NCBI GenBank assembly: GCA_947089425.1
Contig: CAMUKG010000009.1
Span: forward strand, 775 to 64,774
DNA length: 64,000 bases
Origin: an uncultured Clostridia bacterium
GTDB taxonomy: Bacteria > Bacillota > Clostridia > Christensenellales > Pumilibacteraceae
Reading direction: 5' to 3'
Part shown: piece by piece, positions 19,805-29,520 of the stretch
Layout: each line of letters begins with the position of its first letter
How positions within the stretch are numbered: the first letter of the stretch is position 1
Position numbers and translations under genes: made by a program
The notes under the pieces: generated by a model
What the model was told of the DNA's origin: nothing
Database searches by the model: none
Seen by the model: only the letters and a program-made list of their open reading frames with translations

Positions 19805-21481
19805 TTAAAATTTCTTCTTTAACACAGCGCCTTGTGCCGCGCTCGTAACAAGATATTTGTATCTTAAAAGCCAACCGCTCGGCTCGTCGTCTTTCGGACG
19901 GTATTTTTTTAGCCTTGCCGTCATTTCTTTGGCGTTTATTTCGAGGTTGAGTTTTCCTTCGGGTATGTTTATGCTTATTTTGTCGCCGTCTTTAACGAGA
20001 GCTATTTTGCCGCCCGCCGCCGCTTCGGGGCACACGTGCCCTATTGCCGCGCCGCGCGTGGCTCCCGAAAATCTTCCGTCGGTGATAAGCGCCACGTCTT
20101 CGTCGAGCCCCATGCCGCAAAGCGCCGAAGTGGGAGAGAGCATTTCTCTCATGCCCGGTCCGCCCTTAGGTCCTTCGTAACGAATGACGATTACGTCGCC
20201 TTTTTGAATTTTGCCGCCCATAATCGCGCGCACGCAATCTTCTTCGCTGTCGAAACATTTTGCTTTTCCTGTGAACACGAGCATTTTTTCCGACACCGCG
20301 CTACGCTTGACCACGGCTCCGTCGTCGGCTATGTTGCCTTTGAGCACCGCTATTCCGCCGCAAGGAGAAATGGGGTCGGACACGGGGCGAATGGCGTTGC
20401 CCGTTATGCGGGCGTTCGAATAGGAATGGGAAATCGATTTTCCCGTTACGGTGAGAGCGTCGCCCGCGATTATGCTGTTTCCTTTCTTGTCTTTCACGGA
20501 TGAAAGTTCGTTCATAACCGCCATAATGCCGCCGCTCGCGCCGAGTTCAGCCATATCGCGTTCGGTCGCGGGACTGAGTTTGCAAAGGTTGGACGTGCGG
20601 TCTGAAATTTCCTGCAATAGGTCGAGCGTGAGAGTTATATTGCATTCCGCCGCTATTGCAAATAGGTGAAGCACCGTGTTGGTGGAAGCGCCTATTGCCA
20701 TGTCGACGGCGAGCGCGTTTTTAAAAGCCTCTTTTTTAAGAATCATGCGGGGGTGAATATCGTTTTCAACGAGCTTCATAATTGTTTCGCCTGCCTTTTT
20801 CGCAAGACGAATACGCTCCGATTTCACGGCGGGAACAGTCCCGTTACCGGGCAAAGCCATTCCGAGCGCTTCGCTAAGGCAATTTATGCTGTTTGCCGTG
20901 TACATCCCGCAACAGCTCCCGCAACCGGGACACGCGCAGTTTTCGAGTTCGGCCAAGTCGTCGAGCGACATTTTGCCCGCTTTAACTTTGCCTACCGCCT
21001 CGAACATTGTGGAAAGACTCGCTTTTTGCCCGCGAAATACTCCGCTTTCCATAGGTCCGCCCGACACGAGCACGGCGGGAAGATTTACGCGAGCCGCGCC
21101 CATAAGCATACCGGGAACTATTTTGTCGCAATTAGGCACGAGCACGGCGCCGTCGAATGCGTGCCCTATGAGCATACTTTCCACGCCGTCGGCAATGAGC
21201 TCGCGGCTGGGGAGAGAGTAGCGCATTCCGTCGTGCCCCATAGCTATGCCGTCGCATATTCCGATAGACGGAACAACTACGGGTGTGCCGCCCGCCGCGT
21301 AAATTCCCGCTTTAACCGCGTCGGTGATGCTGTCGAGGTGCATATGACCGGGCACGATTTCGCTTTTCGCCGAAATTACCGCTATAATCGGCTTTGCGAT
21401 TTCTTCGTCGGATAGTCCGAGCGCTTTATACAGCGCGCGCTGAGGAGCTTTTTCTATTCCCGAACTCAATTCTTTAGACAC
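19805..21481 (-). CDS. ilvD: Dihydroxy-acid dehydratase
   Basis: [50 protein letters not shown]; GTG 21481 fits the SD spacing best. Confidence 0.95.
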   Translation of the reverse strand: MSKELSSGIEKAPQRALYKALGLSDEEIAKPIIAVISAKSEIVPGHMHLDSITDAVKAGIYAAGGTPVVVPSIGICDGIAMGHDGMRYSLPSRELIADGVESMLIGHAFDGAVLVPNCDKIVPGMLMGAARVNLPAVLVSGGPMESGVFRGQKASLSTMFEAVGKVKAGKMSLDDLAELENCACPGCGSCCGMYTANSINCLSEALGMALPGNGTVPAVKSERIRLAKKAGETIMKLVENDIHPRMILKKEAFKNALAVDMAIGASTNTVLHLFAIAAECNITLTLDLLQEISDRTSNLCKLSPATERDMAELGASGGIMAVMNELSSVKDKKGNSIIAGDALTVTGKSISHSYSNARITGNAIRPVSDPISPCGGIAVLKGNIADDGAVVKRSAVSEKMLVFTGKAKCFDSEEDCVRAIMGGKIQKGDVIVIRYEGPKGGPGMREMLSPTSALCGMGLDEDVALITDGRFSGATRGAAIGHVCPEAAAGGKIALVKDGDKISINIPEGKLNLEINAKEMTARLKKYRPKDDEPSGWLLRYKYLVTSAAQGAVLKKKF

Positions 21482-21515
21482 TTTCAATTCCTCTCTTTGT
21501 TTTGTATACTCTATT

Positions 21516-21545
21516 ATTATATCAAAACTCGGGCGAGTTTGTAAA
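21516..21545 (-). promoter_or_regulatory. sigma-A promoter of ilvD-leuCDB-acpP
   Basis: Minus strand TTTACA-N18-TATAAT with TGn extension; the spacer holds the palindrome AAACTCG-GG-CGAGTTT (21525-21540). Confidence 0.7.
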
Positions 21546-21598
21546 GTCGATTTAACGACCGAAAACGCTATAATTTTCCGAAAGCGCGGAAAATATGA

Positions 21599-21630
21599 AA
21601 AAACGGTTCGATTTTTCGCTCGAACCGTTA
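21599..21630 (-). terminator. Terminator after ilvN
   Basis: AACGGTTCGA / TCGAACCGTT arms followed by a T-tract on the minus strand. Confidence 0.75.
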
Positions 21631-21661
21631 AAAAATTAAACTTAAAGAAGAGAAGTTCGGT

Positions 21662-22150
21662 TTAAAATCCGCTTTCGCCGCGCTCCAACGCAGTGAGCCC
21701 CGTGCGCACGAGCTCTATTATTCCGTAGTGCGAAACCACGCCTATAAACGCGTCGATTTTATTTGGCTCGCCCGTGAGTTCGACAATAAGAGAAGTTGGC
21801 GAAAGGTCTATCATTTTGGCTTTGTAAATATTGCAGGTGCTCTCTATTTCGGGACGGTTCGATGGGTGCATTTTCAGTTTTATTATAAGAAGTTCGCGGC
21901 AGACAGCTTGCGAGGGGTTTAAAAGCCCCACCTTTTTCACGTCGACGAGTTTGTCGAGTTGGCGCGTGATTTGTTTTATGGTTGAGTCGTCGGCTCCGGC
22001 GACGAGCGTCATGCGCGAAAATTCGGGGTTTTCGGTGGCGCAAACTTGCAAACTGTTTATGTTGTAGCCGCGCCGCGAAAAAAGCCCTGATATGCGGGTG
22101 AGCACGCCGCTCTTATTCGACACGAGCGCCGTTACGATATACTGGTTCAT
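21662..22150 (-). CDS. ilvN: Acetolactate synthase small subunit
   Basis: NKSGVLTRISGLFSRRGYNINSL ACT domain; ELVRTG; 4-bp overlap with ilvB. Confidence 0.93.
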   Translation of the reverse strand: MNQYIVTALVSNKSGVLTRISGLFSRRGYNINSLQVCATENPEFSRMTLVAGADDSTIKQITRQLDKLVDVKKVGLLNPSQAVCRELLIIKLKMHPSNRPEIESTCNIYKAKMIDLSPTSLIVELTGEPNKIDAFIGVVSHYGIIELVRTGLTALERGESGF

Positions 22151-23847
22151 GCGTTTTCCTCCTTGATTTCGGTTATAATGTGCTCAGCCGACTTTCCTGC
22201 CGGAATCATCGGGAGTACAAATTCGTCGGGCATTATTTTGCAATCGACCACAACGGTGCCGCGAGTTTCGAAAGCCGTTTTCACAACGCTTTCTACGTCT
22301 TCGTTTTTGTCGAGAGTCAGCCCCGTAGCGCCGAAAGCTTCGGCGAGTTTCACGTAGTCGGTTGGTGAGTCGAGAATAGTGGATGAATAGTGCTTGTGAT
22401 AAAAAAGAGTTTGCCACTGACGCACCATTCCGAGCACGTTGTTGTTAAACACGAAAATTTTAACTTCCAAACCGTTTTTGACGCAAGTGGGAAGCTCGTT
22501 CATGTTCATGTGAAACGAGCCGTCGCCCGTAATCATCGTAACGGGTTTTCGAGTGGCTACCGCCGCGCCTATCGCCGCGCCCAACCCGAAGCCCATTGTG
22601 CCGAGTCCGCCGCTCGTCAAAAAAGTGCGGGGAAGCGAAACGGAATAAGATTGAGCCGTCCACATTTGGTGCTGCCCCACGTCGGTGGTAACTATTCGGT
22701 CGGCGGGCGACAGCTCCGCGAGCGCTCGCAAAAGCTTTCGCGGGCAAAGCGGCATTTTAGAGTCGATAAACGGATACTGTTTTTTGAGTTCCGCGCATCT
22801 TTGTTGCCATTCGGAATTAGGGTGCGGCTTCGCGTTTTCGGTGAGCCAATAGAGCGCTTGCAAAGCGTCGCCTATAATATGAGCGTGAGAATTCACAATT
22901 TTATCTACTTCGGCACTGTCTATATCTATATGAATTATTTTCGCGTTTTTGCAAAAGCTTTTGGGGTTGCCTGCCACGCGGTCGGAAAACCGCGCGCCTA
23001 TTGCGATTACGGCGTCGCATTCGCCGAGCGCTTTCGCTACCGCCGCCGAGCCGTGCATTCCGAGCATTCCGAGAAATAGCGGGTGATTCGCGGGCATCGC
23101 GCCCAATCCCATCATAGAGCTCGCTACGGGCGCGCCGAATTTTTCGGCGAACTCGCGCAATTTTTCGCACGCGTTCGATATTATAACTCCGCCGCCCGCA
23201 TATATGAGAGGCTTTTTCGCTTGCGACAGTATTTGCGCCGCCTCGCGGGCTTGCTCGTCTATTTTGAGCGGCTCGACGCGTTTTTGAACGGGTGAGGCGG
23301 GAACGTATTCGGCTACGGCTTGCTGAACGTTTTTGGGCACGTCCACAAGCACGGGGCCGGGACGCCCGCTTATCGCTATTTCAAACGCTTGCCTCAAAGT
23401 GGGTGCGAGCTCGCGCACGTCTTTAACAATAAAATTGTGTTTCGTAATAGGCATCGTCACGCCCGTTATGTCCACTTCCTGAAAGCTGTCGCGCCCGAGC
23501 GAAGTTAAAGGAACGTTGCCCGTAATCGCCACAAGCGGTACGCTGTCCATATTGGCGGTGGCAATTCCCGTTACGAGGTTGGTGGCGCCCGGTCCCGACG
23601 TGCTCATTACTACGCCCGCTTTTCCGGTAGCGCGCGCGTAGCCGTCGGCGGCGTGGCAAGCCCCTTGTTCGTGACTTGTGAGGATTTGTTTAATTTTGTC
23701 GCGGTAAAGATACAGCGCGTCGAACGTGTCTATTATATAGCCGCCGGGATAACCGAAAACGTGCGTAACGCCTTGCTCGATTAGCGTCTCAACTATAATT
23801 TCGGCGCCGCGCAACATTCTGCCTTTTCCGTTCGAAGTTTCTTTCAT
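22147..23847 (-). CDS. ilvB: Acetolactate synthase large subunit
   Basis: FGYPGG, HEQG, TSGPGATN, DVGQHQMW, SGGLGTMG, GDGSF..N TPP-binding motif. Confidence 0.95.
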   Translation of the reverse strand: MKETSNGKGRMLRGAEIIVETLIEQGVTHVFGYPGGYIIDTFDALYLYRDKIKQILTSHEQGACHAADGYARATGKAGVVMSTSGPGATNLVTGIATANMDSVPLVAITGNVPLTSLGRDSFQEVDITGVTMPITKHNFIVKDVRELAPTLRQAFEIAISGRPGPVLVDVPKNVQQAVAEYVPASPVQKRVEPLKIDEQAREAAQILSQAKKPLIYAGGGVIISNACEKLREFAEKFGAPVASSMMGLGAMPANHPLFLGMLGMHGSAAVAKALGECDAVIAIGARFSDRVAGNPKSFCKNAKIIHIDIDSAEVDKIVNSHAHIIGDALQALYWLTENAKPHPNSEWQQRCAELKKQYPFIDSKMPLCPRKLLRALAELSPADRIVTTDVGQHQMWTAQSYSVSLPRTFLTSGGLGTMGFGLGAAIGAAVATRKPVTMITGDGSFHMNMNELPTCVKNGLEVKIFVFNNNVLGMVRQWQTLFYHKHYSSTILDSPTDYVKLAEAFGATGLTLDKNEDVESVVKTAFETRGTVVVDCKIMPDEFVLPMIPAGKSAEHIITEIKEENA

Positions 23848-23871
23848 AAAAAGTTCCTCGCAAAATATTGT

Positions 23872-23909
23872 AAAAAGAGGGCCCCGAATTATTCATTTCG
23901 GGGTCGCTC
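23872..23909 (-). terminator. Terminator downstream of ffs
   Basis: Minus strand GAG..CCCCGAA / TTCGGGG..CTC-TTTTT. Confidence 0.7.
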
Positions 23910-23925
23910 CGCTTTGTTAAAAAAA

Positions 23926-24193
23926 GCTGTGCATCCGCTTTTGTCGTACCGCACCGAAGCGTTCTTCCGACAGTAAACTCCTTCGAAGCTACCTTGTGGC
24001 ACACATTATGGTCTACTTAGTGCTGCTGCCGTCAAGCCCTGACACGGTTCATAGTATAACGTTGCACAAGACCCCGATATCATCATCACACGAACGGTAA
24101 CGGACCTTCCATACGATACGCCGAGAGCGGCTTTCTGCCTCGCTGTAGCGGATTGCGAGTTTAGGGCACCGCTAGCTCCCCACATAGCACAGC
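23926..24193 (-). ncRNA. ffs: Signal recognition particle RNA, large (Alu-domain, Bacillus-type scRNA)
   Basis: 5' GCTGTGCTATGTGGGGAGCTAGCGGTGCCCTAAACTCGCAATCCGCT resembles the Firmicute Alu domain; helix-8 region GAACCGTGTCAGG-GCT-TGAC-GGC-AGCAGCACTAAG; 5' GCTGTGC pairs with 3' GCACAGC; about 268 nt. Confidence 0.92.
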
Positions 24194-24199
24194 ATAGTC

Positions 24200-24228
24200 A
24201 GTATAACAAAAAACCGCTTGTTTGGCAA
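24200..24228 (-). promoter_or_regulatory. sigma-A promoter of ffs
   Basis: Minus strand TTGCCA-N17-TATACT with TGn extension; predicted +1 matches the RNA 5' end at about 24193. Confidence 0.8.
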
Positions 24229-24260
24229 GCGATTTTTTATTATGCCGAAAAATAATTGTT

Positions 24261-25241
24261 TTATATTCCGAGTGCGGACATGAATTGTTCTATCGTTTGA
24301 TAGCGGTTTTCGGGAAGAAGAGCGAGCGCGCGCATAACAGCTTTTTCCACATGATACGGCACTTTAAAACCGAGTTTAGACGGGGCGGGGAGGGTGTCGG
24401 ACTTTTCTCGTTCCGCCGCTGTTGCGGGAATGTAGCCCGTGAGGCAATTATATAATGTTGCGCCGATTTGATACACGTCGCTGTAAGGTCCTTGCTTATA
24501 TTTGTCGCTTCGGTAAAATTCGATGGGAGAGTAGCCCGCTTTGAGCACCGAATAAGGCTTTTCGGGCGTTTTCATTTTATAAAGCGACGCCGCTCCGAAG
24601 TCGATAAGTTTTACGTATCTGTTCTCCACTATCAAAATGTTTTCGGGGCTTATGTCTTTGTGTATTACTCCGTGCTCGTGCAAAATCGAGAGAGATTCGA
24701 GCACGGGGCGCAACAAGTTTAAAGCCGTTTCCGCCGAAACTCTATATCCGCGTTCCTTTAAATAGGCATAAAGCGATTGCCCTTCGAGATAGTCGGTTAC
24801 TATGTATGCCGAATTGTTAGCTTCGAAAAAGTCCAAAAGCTTAACGACGCCGTGCAAATATTTTATTTGCATTAAAATTTTGGCTTCGGCAATGAATGCG
24901 TTGAACCAGTGATTATATGCGGCTACCGTTTCGGGAGTGTTCACGTTCACGCGTGTTCCGCCGCTTTCTCGTACCGCGAAATCTTTCGGAAAGAATTCTT
25001 TTATAACGACTTTGCGGCTTCTGCCCATATCGCGCCCCACATACGTTATTCCGAATCCGCCCATTCCGAGCTGAGTGCCCACCAAATAGCGTCCGTTGAG
25101 CATTGTGCGAACGGGAAGAGCGGACGGCGGATTTTTCATATCCGAGCCGCGTTTTCGGCAAACGGGACACATGCCGCCGTTGTCGAGGTCGGCAAAGCAG
25201 GCGGGGCATATTTTGTTTGTGTCGCGAGTGTCTATTCCCAT
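24261..25241 (-). CDS. Soluble Hanks-type Ser/Thr protein kinase with N-terminal zinc ribbon
   Basis: CPAC..CPVC; GMGGFGITY, VVIKEF, HKDISPEN, DFG, GYSPIE, SDVY; no TM or PASTA domain. Confidence 0.88.
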   Translation of the reverse strand: MGIDTRDTNKICPACFADLDNGGMCPVCRKRGSDMKNPPSALPVRTMLNGRYLVGTQLGMGGFGITYVGRDMGRSRKVVIKEFFPKDFAVRESGGTRVNVNTPETVAAYNHWFNAFIAEAKILMQIKYLHGVVKLLDFFEANNSAYIVTDYLEGQSLYAYLKERGYRVSAETALNLLRPVLESLSILHEHGVIHKDISPENILIVENRYVKLIDFGAASLYKMKTPEKPYSVLKAGYSPIEFYRSDKYKQGPYSDVYQIGATLYNCLTGYIPATAAEREKSDTLPAPSKLGFKVPYHVEKAVMRALALLPENRYQTIEQFMSALGI

Positions 25242-25247
25242 AATTAA

Positions 25248-25277
25248 AGTATACACCGAAAGAAGTTTTCAAGTCAA
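25248..25277 (-). promoter_or_regulatory. sigma-A promoter of the kinase (leaderless geometry)
   Basis: Minus strand TTGACT-N18-TATACT, then 6 nt, then ATG. Confidence 0.65.
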
Positions 25278-25341
25278 CCGAAAACGGGCGACGAGAATGC
25301 GAAAAGTATTTGCGAAATCGCGAGCACATGCGGGAATTTAA

Positions 25342-25371
25342 TTGACATTATGTGCATATTTCGGGTATAAT
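25342..25371 (+). promoter_or_regulatory. sigma-A promoter of ileS
   Basis: TTGACA-N18-TATAAT. Confidence 0.75.
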
Positions 25372-25483
25372 TAAAAAAGAAGGCGAATGTCGAGCCCGAT
25401 TATTTGGTTAGCTCCGCATTGTCAACCGCTCGGTGTAAAAACGTGCCGCGCGGTTTTTCGCAGATTTTAAGGACGAACGAAGC

Positions 25484-28400
25484 ATGTACAAAAAAGCAGA
25501 ACCGAATCAAGACGCAACGTTGCGAGAAAAAGAAATCATCGAATTTTGGAAGAAAAACGACGTTTTCAACAAGACGCTTTCGGCTACCGCAAAGGGAAAG
25601 GAGTTTTCTTTCTACGACGGACCGCCCACCGCGAACGGTAAGCCGCACATAGGGCATATTCTAACCCGCGTTATGAAAGACATAATTCCGCGCTACAAGA
25701 CGATGAAAGGTTTTCACGTGCGCAGAAAGGCGGGGTGGGACACTCACGGTCTGCCCGTTGAACTCGAAGTGGAAAAGCAACTCGGTTTCGACGGCAAGCA
25801 AGACATAGAAAAATTCGGGATAGAGCCTTTTATAGGCAAATGCAAAGAGAGCGTTTGGAAATATAAAGGCGAATGGGAAAAAATGAGCGACCGAGTTGGC
25901 TACTGGGTGGATATGGACAACCCTTATATCACCTACGACGACAACTATATAGAGTCGGTTTGGTGGGCGCTCAAAGAAATCGACAAAAAAGGTTTGATAT
26001 ATAAAGGGCACAAGATTGTGCCGTATTGCCCCCGTTGCGGCACGGCGCTGAGCAGTCACGAAGTTGCGCAAGGATATAAAGACGTAGAGGAAAAAACTTG
26101 CGTAGTAAAGTTTAAAGTTATAGGCGAAGAGAACACGTATATTCTCGCTTGGACGACAACCCCTTGGACGTTGCCCTCGAACGTCGCTTTGTGTTTTAAC
26201 GCCGACTACGATTATGCCAAAGTGGAAAAAGACGGCGCGCGCTATATTCTCGCGAACGAACTCGTGAGCAAGCATTTCGACGGTGACTATAAAATAATAG
26301 ATGTGAGAAAAGGCAAAGAATACGAGCGCACGCGCTACGAGCCGCTTTTCGACTATTATAAGAAAGAAAACAAAGATTGCCATTACGCCGTGTGCGACGG
26401 TTACGTGACTCTTTCGGACGGCACCGGCGTTGTTCACATTGCTCCCGCATTCGGCGAAGACGATGCGCAAGTGGGAAGAAAGTACGATTTGCCGTTTGTT
26501 ATGATGGTTGACGAAGCGGGCAAATTCAAAAACGAAGCTACCGAGCTGAAAGGAATTTTCTGTAAAGACGCCGACAAACTCATTCTTAAAATGCTCAAAG
26601 AGAAAGGGCTTTTGTTTAAAGAGCTCATGTTTACTCATAGCTATCCTTACTGCTGGCGTTGCGACACTCCGCTTTTGTATTACGCGCGAAGCACATGGTT
26701 TATTAAAATGACCGAATTGCGCGATAGGCTTGTGAAAAACAATGCGTCGGTAAATTGGATGCCCGAAAGCATAGGAAGCGGGCGCATGGGCAACTTCCTC
26801 GAAAACGTAATCGATTGGGGACTCAGCCGCGACCGCTATTGGGGCACGCCGCTTCCCATTTGGGTGTGCGACAAGTGCGGCAAAACTCACGTTGTGGGGA
26901 GCCGCGAGGAACTGAAAAAACTCGGCAAAATAAAAGGAGACATAGAACTTCATAAGCCGTATGTAGACGCGGTGGAATTCGAGTGCGAATGCGGCGGAAA
27001 AATGCGCAGAACACCCGAAGTTATAGATTGTTGGTTCGATTCGGGAAGCATGCCTTTTGCTCAATATCATTACCCGTTCGAAAATAAAGACGTGTTCGAA
27101 AAGACTTTTCCCGCCGACTTTATATCGGAAGCGGTTGACCAAACGCGCGGCTGGTTTTACACTTTGCTTGCAATATCCACGCTGTTGTTCGATAAAGCGC
27201 CGTTTAAAAACTGCATAGTGCTCGGGCACGTTTGCGACAAAAACGGGCTCAAAATGAGCAAGCACAAAGGCAACGTGGTAGACCCGTGGTCGGTACTCGA
27301 CAATCAAGGAGCTGACGCCGTTCGTTGGTATTTTTACACGGCAAGCGCGCCCTATCTTCCGAGCAGATTTTATCCCGAAGCGGTTTCGGAAGTGCAAAGA
27401 AAGTTTCTCGGCACTCTGTGGAACACATATTGTTTCTATATTCTATACGCCGAAATCGACTCGTTCGACCCTACGCAATATAAACTCGATAAGTGCAAAT
27501 TGGCGGTTATGGACAAGTGGATTTTGAGCGCGCTCAATTCGCTTGTCGCTACCGTCGACGAAGGACTTGCGTTATATAAAATTACCGAGTCGGCTCGCGC
27601 TATTGCCGACTTTACCGACAGCCTGAGCAACTGGTATGTGCGCCGTTGCCGCGAGCGCTATTGGGGAAGCGACATGTCGGACGACAAAATCGCGGCATAC
27701 ATGACTTTATATACGGTGCTCGAAACCCTTTCGCGGCTGTGCGCGCCTTTCACTCCGTTTATTGCCGAAAGCATTTATCAAAACGTTGTGAAAAGCGTTA
27801 ATAAGAAAGCGCCCGAATCGGTGCATCTTGCGTCTTTCCCCGAATGCGACAAAAAATATATCGACAAAAAGCTTGAAAGCGATATGGCTATTGTGCTCGA
27901 AGCGGCAACGCTCGGGCGTAGCGCGCGCAACGCGAGCAAAGTTAAAAATCGCCAACCGCTTTCCCGTTTGCTTCTTGCGGGCGAGGGCACCGCGCGTCTC
28001 GACGATTCGCTTAAAGCTGTTATTGCCGACGAACTCAACGTTAAAACGATTGAAATCATAGACGGGACCGCCGAATACGTAGCCTACGAGGTCAAGCCTC
28101 AACTTCGCACGCTCGGTCCCAAATACGGCAAGCTGATAGGTAAAATCAAAGAAGAACTTGCTGCAAACGGCGAAGCCGCCGTTAAAGGAACAAGCGGCGG
28201 AAGAATGTATAAAACGGTTATAGGCGGCGAAGAAGTGGAGTTTACTGCCGACGACCTTTTGGTTAAGGTGGTGAGCAAAGAGGGGTTTGCGGCGGAAAGC
28301 GGCGAACTCGTTACTTGCGTGCTCGACACTGCGCTTACCGACGAACTTGTGCGCGAAGGATTTATGCGCGAACTCGTGAGCAAAATTCAAGCTATGCGCA

Positions 28401-28594
28401 AAGACATGGGCTTCGAAGTGACCGACCACATAATTTTAACGCTCGGCGGCGACGCGGAAATAACCGATGCGGTTAAGAGTTTCGAAAAGGAAATTTGCTC
28501 GGCGGTGCTGTGCGATTCGCTTTCGCTCGGCGACGACGGAGAAACGACTGACATAAACGGCAAAACCGCTTATATAGCCGTTAAAAAAGCATGA
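25484..28594 (+). CDS. ileS: Isoleucyl-tRNA synthetase, type 2 (eukaryote-like)
   Basis: FYDGPPTANGKPHIGH, GWDTHGLPVE, WGLSRDRYWGTPLP, KMSKH; long C-terminal extension without the IleRS1 zinc finger. Confidence 0.95.
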   Translation: MYKKAEPNQDATLREKEIIEFWKKNDVFNKTLSATAKGKEFSFYDGPPTANGKPHIGHILTRVMKDIIPRYKTMKGFHVRRKAGWDTHGLPVELEVEKQLGFDGKQDIEKFGIEPFIGKCKESVWKYKGEWEKMSDRVGYWVDMDNPYITYDDNYIESVWWALKEIDKKGLIYKGHKIVPYCPRCGTALSSHEVAQGYKDVEEKTCVVKFKVIGEENTYILAWTTTPWTLPSNVALCFNADYDYAKVEKDGARYILANELVSKHFDGDYKIIDVRKGKEYERTRYEPLFDYYKKENKDCHYAVCDGYVTLSDGTGVVHIAPAFGEDDAQVGRKYDLPFVMMVDEAGKFKNEATELKGIFCKDADKLILKMLKEKGLLFKELMFTHSYPYCWRCDTPLLYYARSTWFIKMTELRDRLVKNNASVNWMPESIGSGRMGNFLENVIDWGLSRDRYWGTPLPIWVCDKCGKTHVVGSREELKKLGKIKGDIELHKPYVDAVEFECECGGKMRRTPEVIDCWFDSGSMPFAQYHYPFENKDVFEKTFPADFISEAVDQTRGWFYTLLAISTLLFDKAPFKNCIVLGHVCDKNGLKMSKHKGNVVDPWSVLDNQGADAVRWYFYTASAPYLPSRFYPEAVSEVQRKFLGTLWNTYCFYILYAEIDSFDPTQYKLDKCKLAVMDKWILSALNSLVATVDEGLALYKITESARAIADFTDSLSNWYVRRCRERYWGSDMSDDKIAAYMTLYTVLETLSRLCAPFTPFIAESIYQNVVKSVNKKAPESVHLASFPECDKKYIDKKLESDMAIVLEAATLGRSARNASKVKNRQPLSRLLLAGEGTARLDDSLKAVIADELNVKTIEIIDGTAEYVAYEVKPQLRTLGPKYGKLIGKIKEELAANGEAAVKGTSGGRMYKTVIGGEEVEFTADDLLVKVVSKEGFAAESGELVTCVLDTALTDELVREGFMRELVSKIQAMRKDMGFEVTDHIILTLGGDAEITDAVKSFEKEICSAVLCDSLSLGDDGETTDINGKTAYIAVKKA

Positions 28595-29517
28595 GCGAAA
28601 ACGTTGCGCAAGAGAGCGGAAACGCTCGCATAGGCTTGGCAAGCGGTTGGCGCGACTACGAGGTTATTGCGACGGGCGACGGCGAAAAGTTGGAGCGGTG
28701 GGGAAACGTGCTCTTATTGCGTCCCGACCCTCAGGTAATTTGGCGTTCGCAATTCGAGCTCGGAAAATACAAAGGCTTGTGCGCGAGATACGTGCGAAGC
28801 AGTTCGGGCGGCGGCTTTTGGGAAAAATACAAAAAGTATCCCGAAGAGTGGAACGTTTCGTATCGCGAACTCGAATTCTCAATCAAGCCTATGGGCTTTA
28901 AACACACGGGGCTTTTCCCCGAGCAAGCCGCCAACTGGGATGTAATGCGCGAGCTTATAAAGTGTGCAAAAAGAGAAATTCGAGTGCTCAATTTGTTTGC
29001 CTACACGGGCGGAGCTACGGTGGCGTGCGCAAAGGCGGGCGCGTTCGTGACCCACGTAGACGCGGCGCGCGGAATGGTGGACAGAGCAAAAACAAATTGC
29101 GCGTTATCGAATATTCCCGCCGACAGAGTGCGCTATATAGTGGACGATTGCGCAAAATTCGTCAGTCGCGAAATAAAGCGCGGCAAAACTTACGACGCCG
29201 TTATAATGGACCCTCCGTCTTACGGGCGGGGTCCGAGCGGAGAAACTTGGAAGCTCGAAGACTGCATATACGACCTTGTGAAACTTACTTCGGGCGTGTT
29301 GAGCAATAAGCCGCTGTTTTATTTAATAAACAGTTACACAACGGGGCTTTCGTCGCTCGTGATGAAAAATATTCTTACGCTCGCGCTTCCGAAAGGAGAA
29401 ACGCGAGGTTACGAACTCAGCTTGCCGACGTCCGAAAAGGGAATAGAACTCCCGTGCGGAAACTCGGCGCTTTGGCTCGGCAATACTCATAAAGCCGATT
29501 ATGCGGCGGAGAAATAG
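28591..29517 (+). CDS. Class I SAM-dependent methyltransferase (RlmI/RlmK-like)
   Basis: VLNLFAYTGG, HVDAA, MDPPSYGRG. Confidence 0.85.
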   Translation: MSENVAQESGNARIGLASGWRDYEVIATGDGEKLERWGNVLLLRPDPQVIWRSQFELGKYKGLCARYVRSSSGGGFWEKYKKYPEEWNVSYRELEFSIKPMGFKHTGLFPEQAANWDVMRELIKCAKREIRVLNLFAYTGGATVACAKAGAFVTHVDAARGMVDRAKTNCALSNIPADRVRYIVDDCAKFVSREIKRGKTYDAVIMDPPSYGRGPSGETWKLEDCIYDLVKLTSGVLSNKPLFYLINSYTTGLSSLVMKNILTLALPKGETRGYELSLPTSEKGIELPCGNSALWLGNTHKADYAAEK

Positions 29518-29520
29518 GAA

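Noticed and set aside
23850-24200. Initially considered a T-box upstream of ilvB
   Set aside because: No T-box consensus; the sequence matches SRP RNA on the Alu and helix-8 motifs.
25661-27397. 578-aa antisense ORF inside ileS (also long antisense ORFs such as 20666-21415, 22390-23079 and 48302-49288)
   Set aside because: They are shadows of well-supported genes on the opposite strand, with no motifs or SD; expected from codon bias.
25484-28594. ileS as an acquired high-level mupirocin-resistance gene
   Set aside because: It has a canonical HIGH motif, sits in a housekeeping operon and has no mobile context; type-2 IleRS is common in Clostridia.
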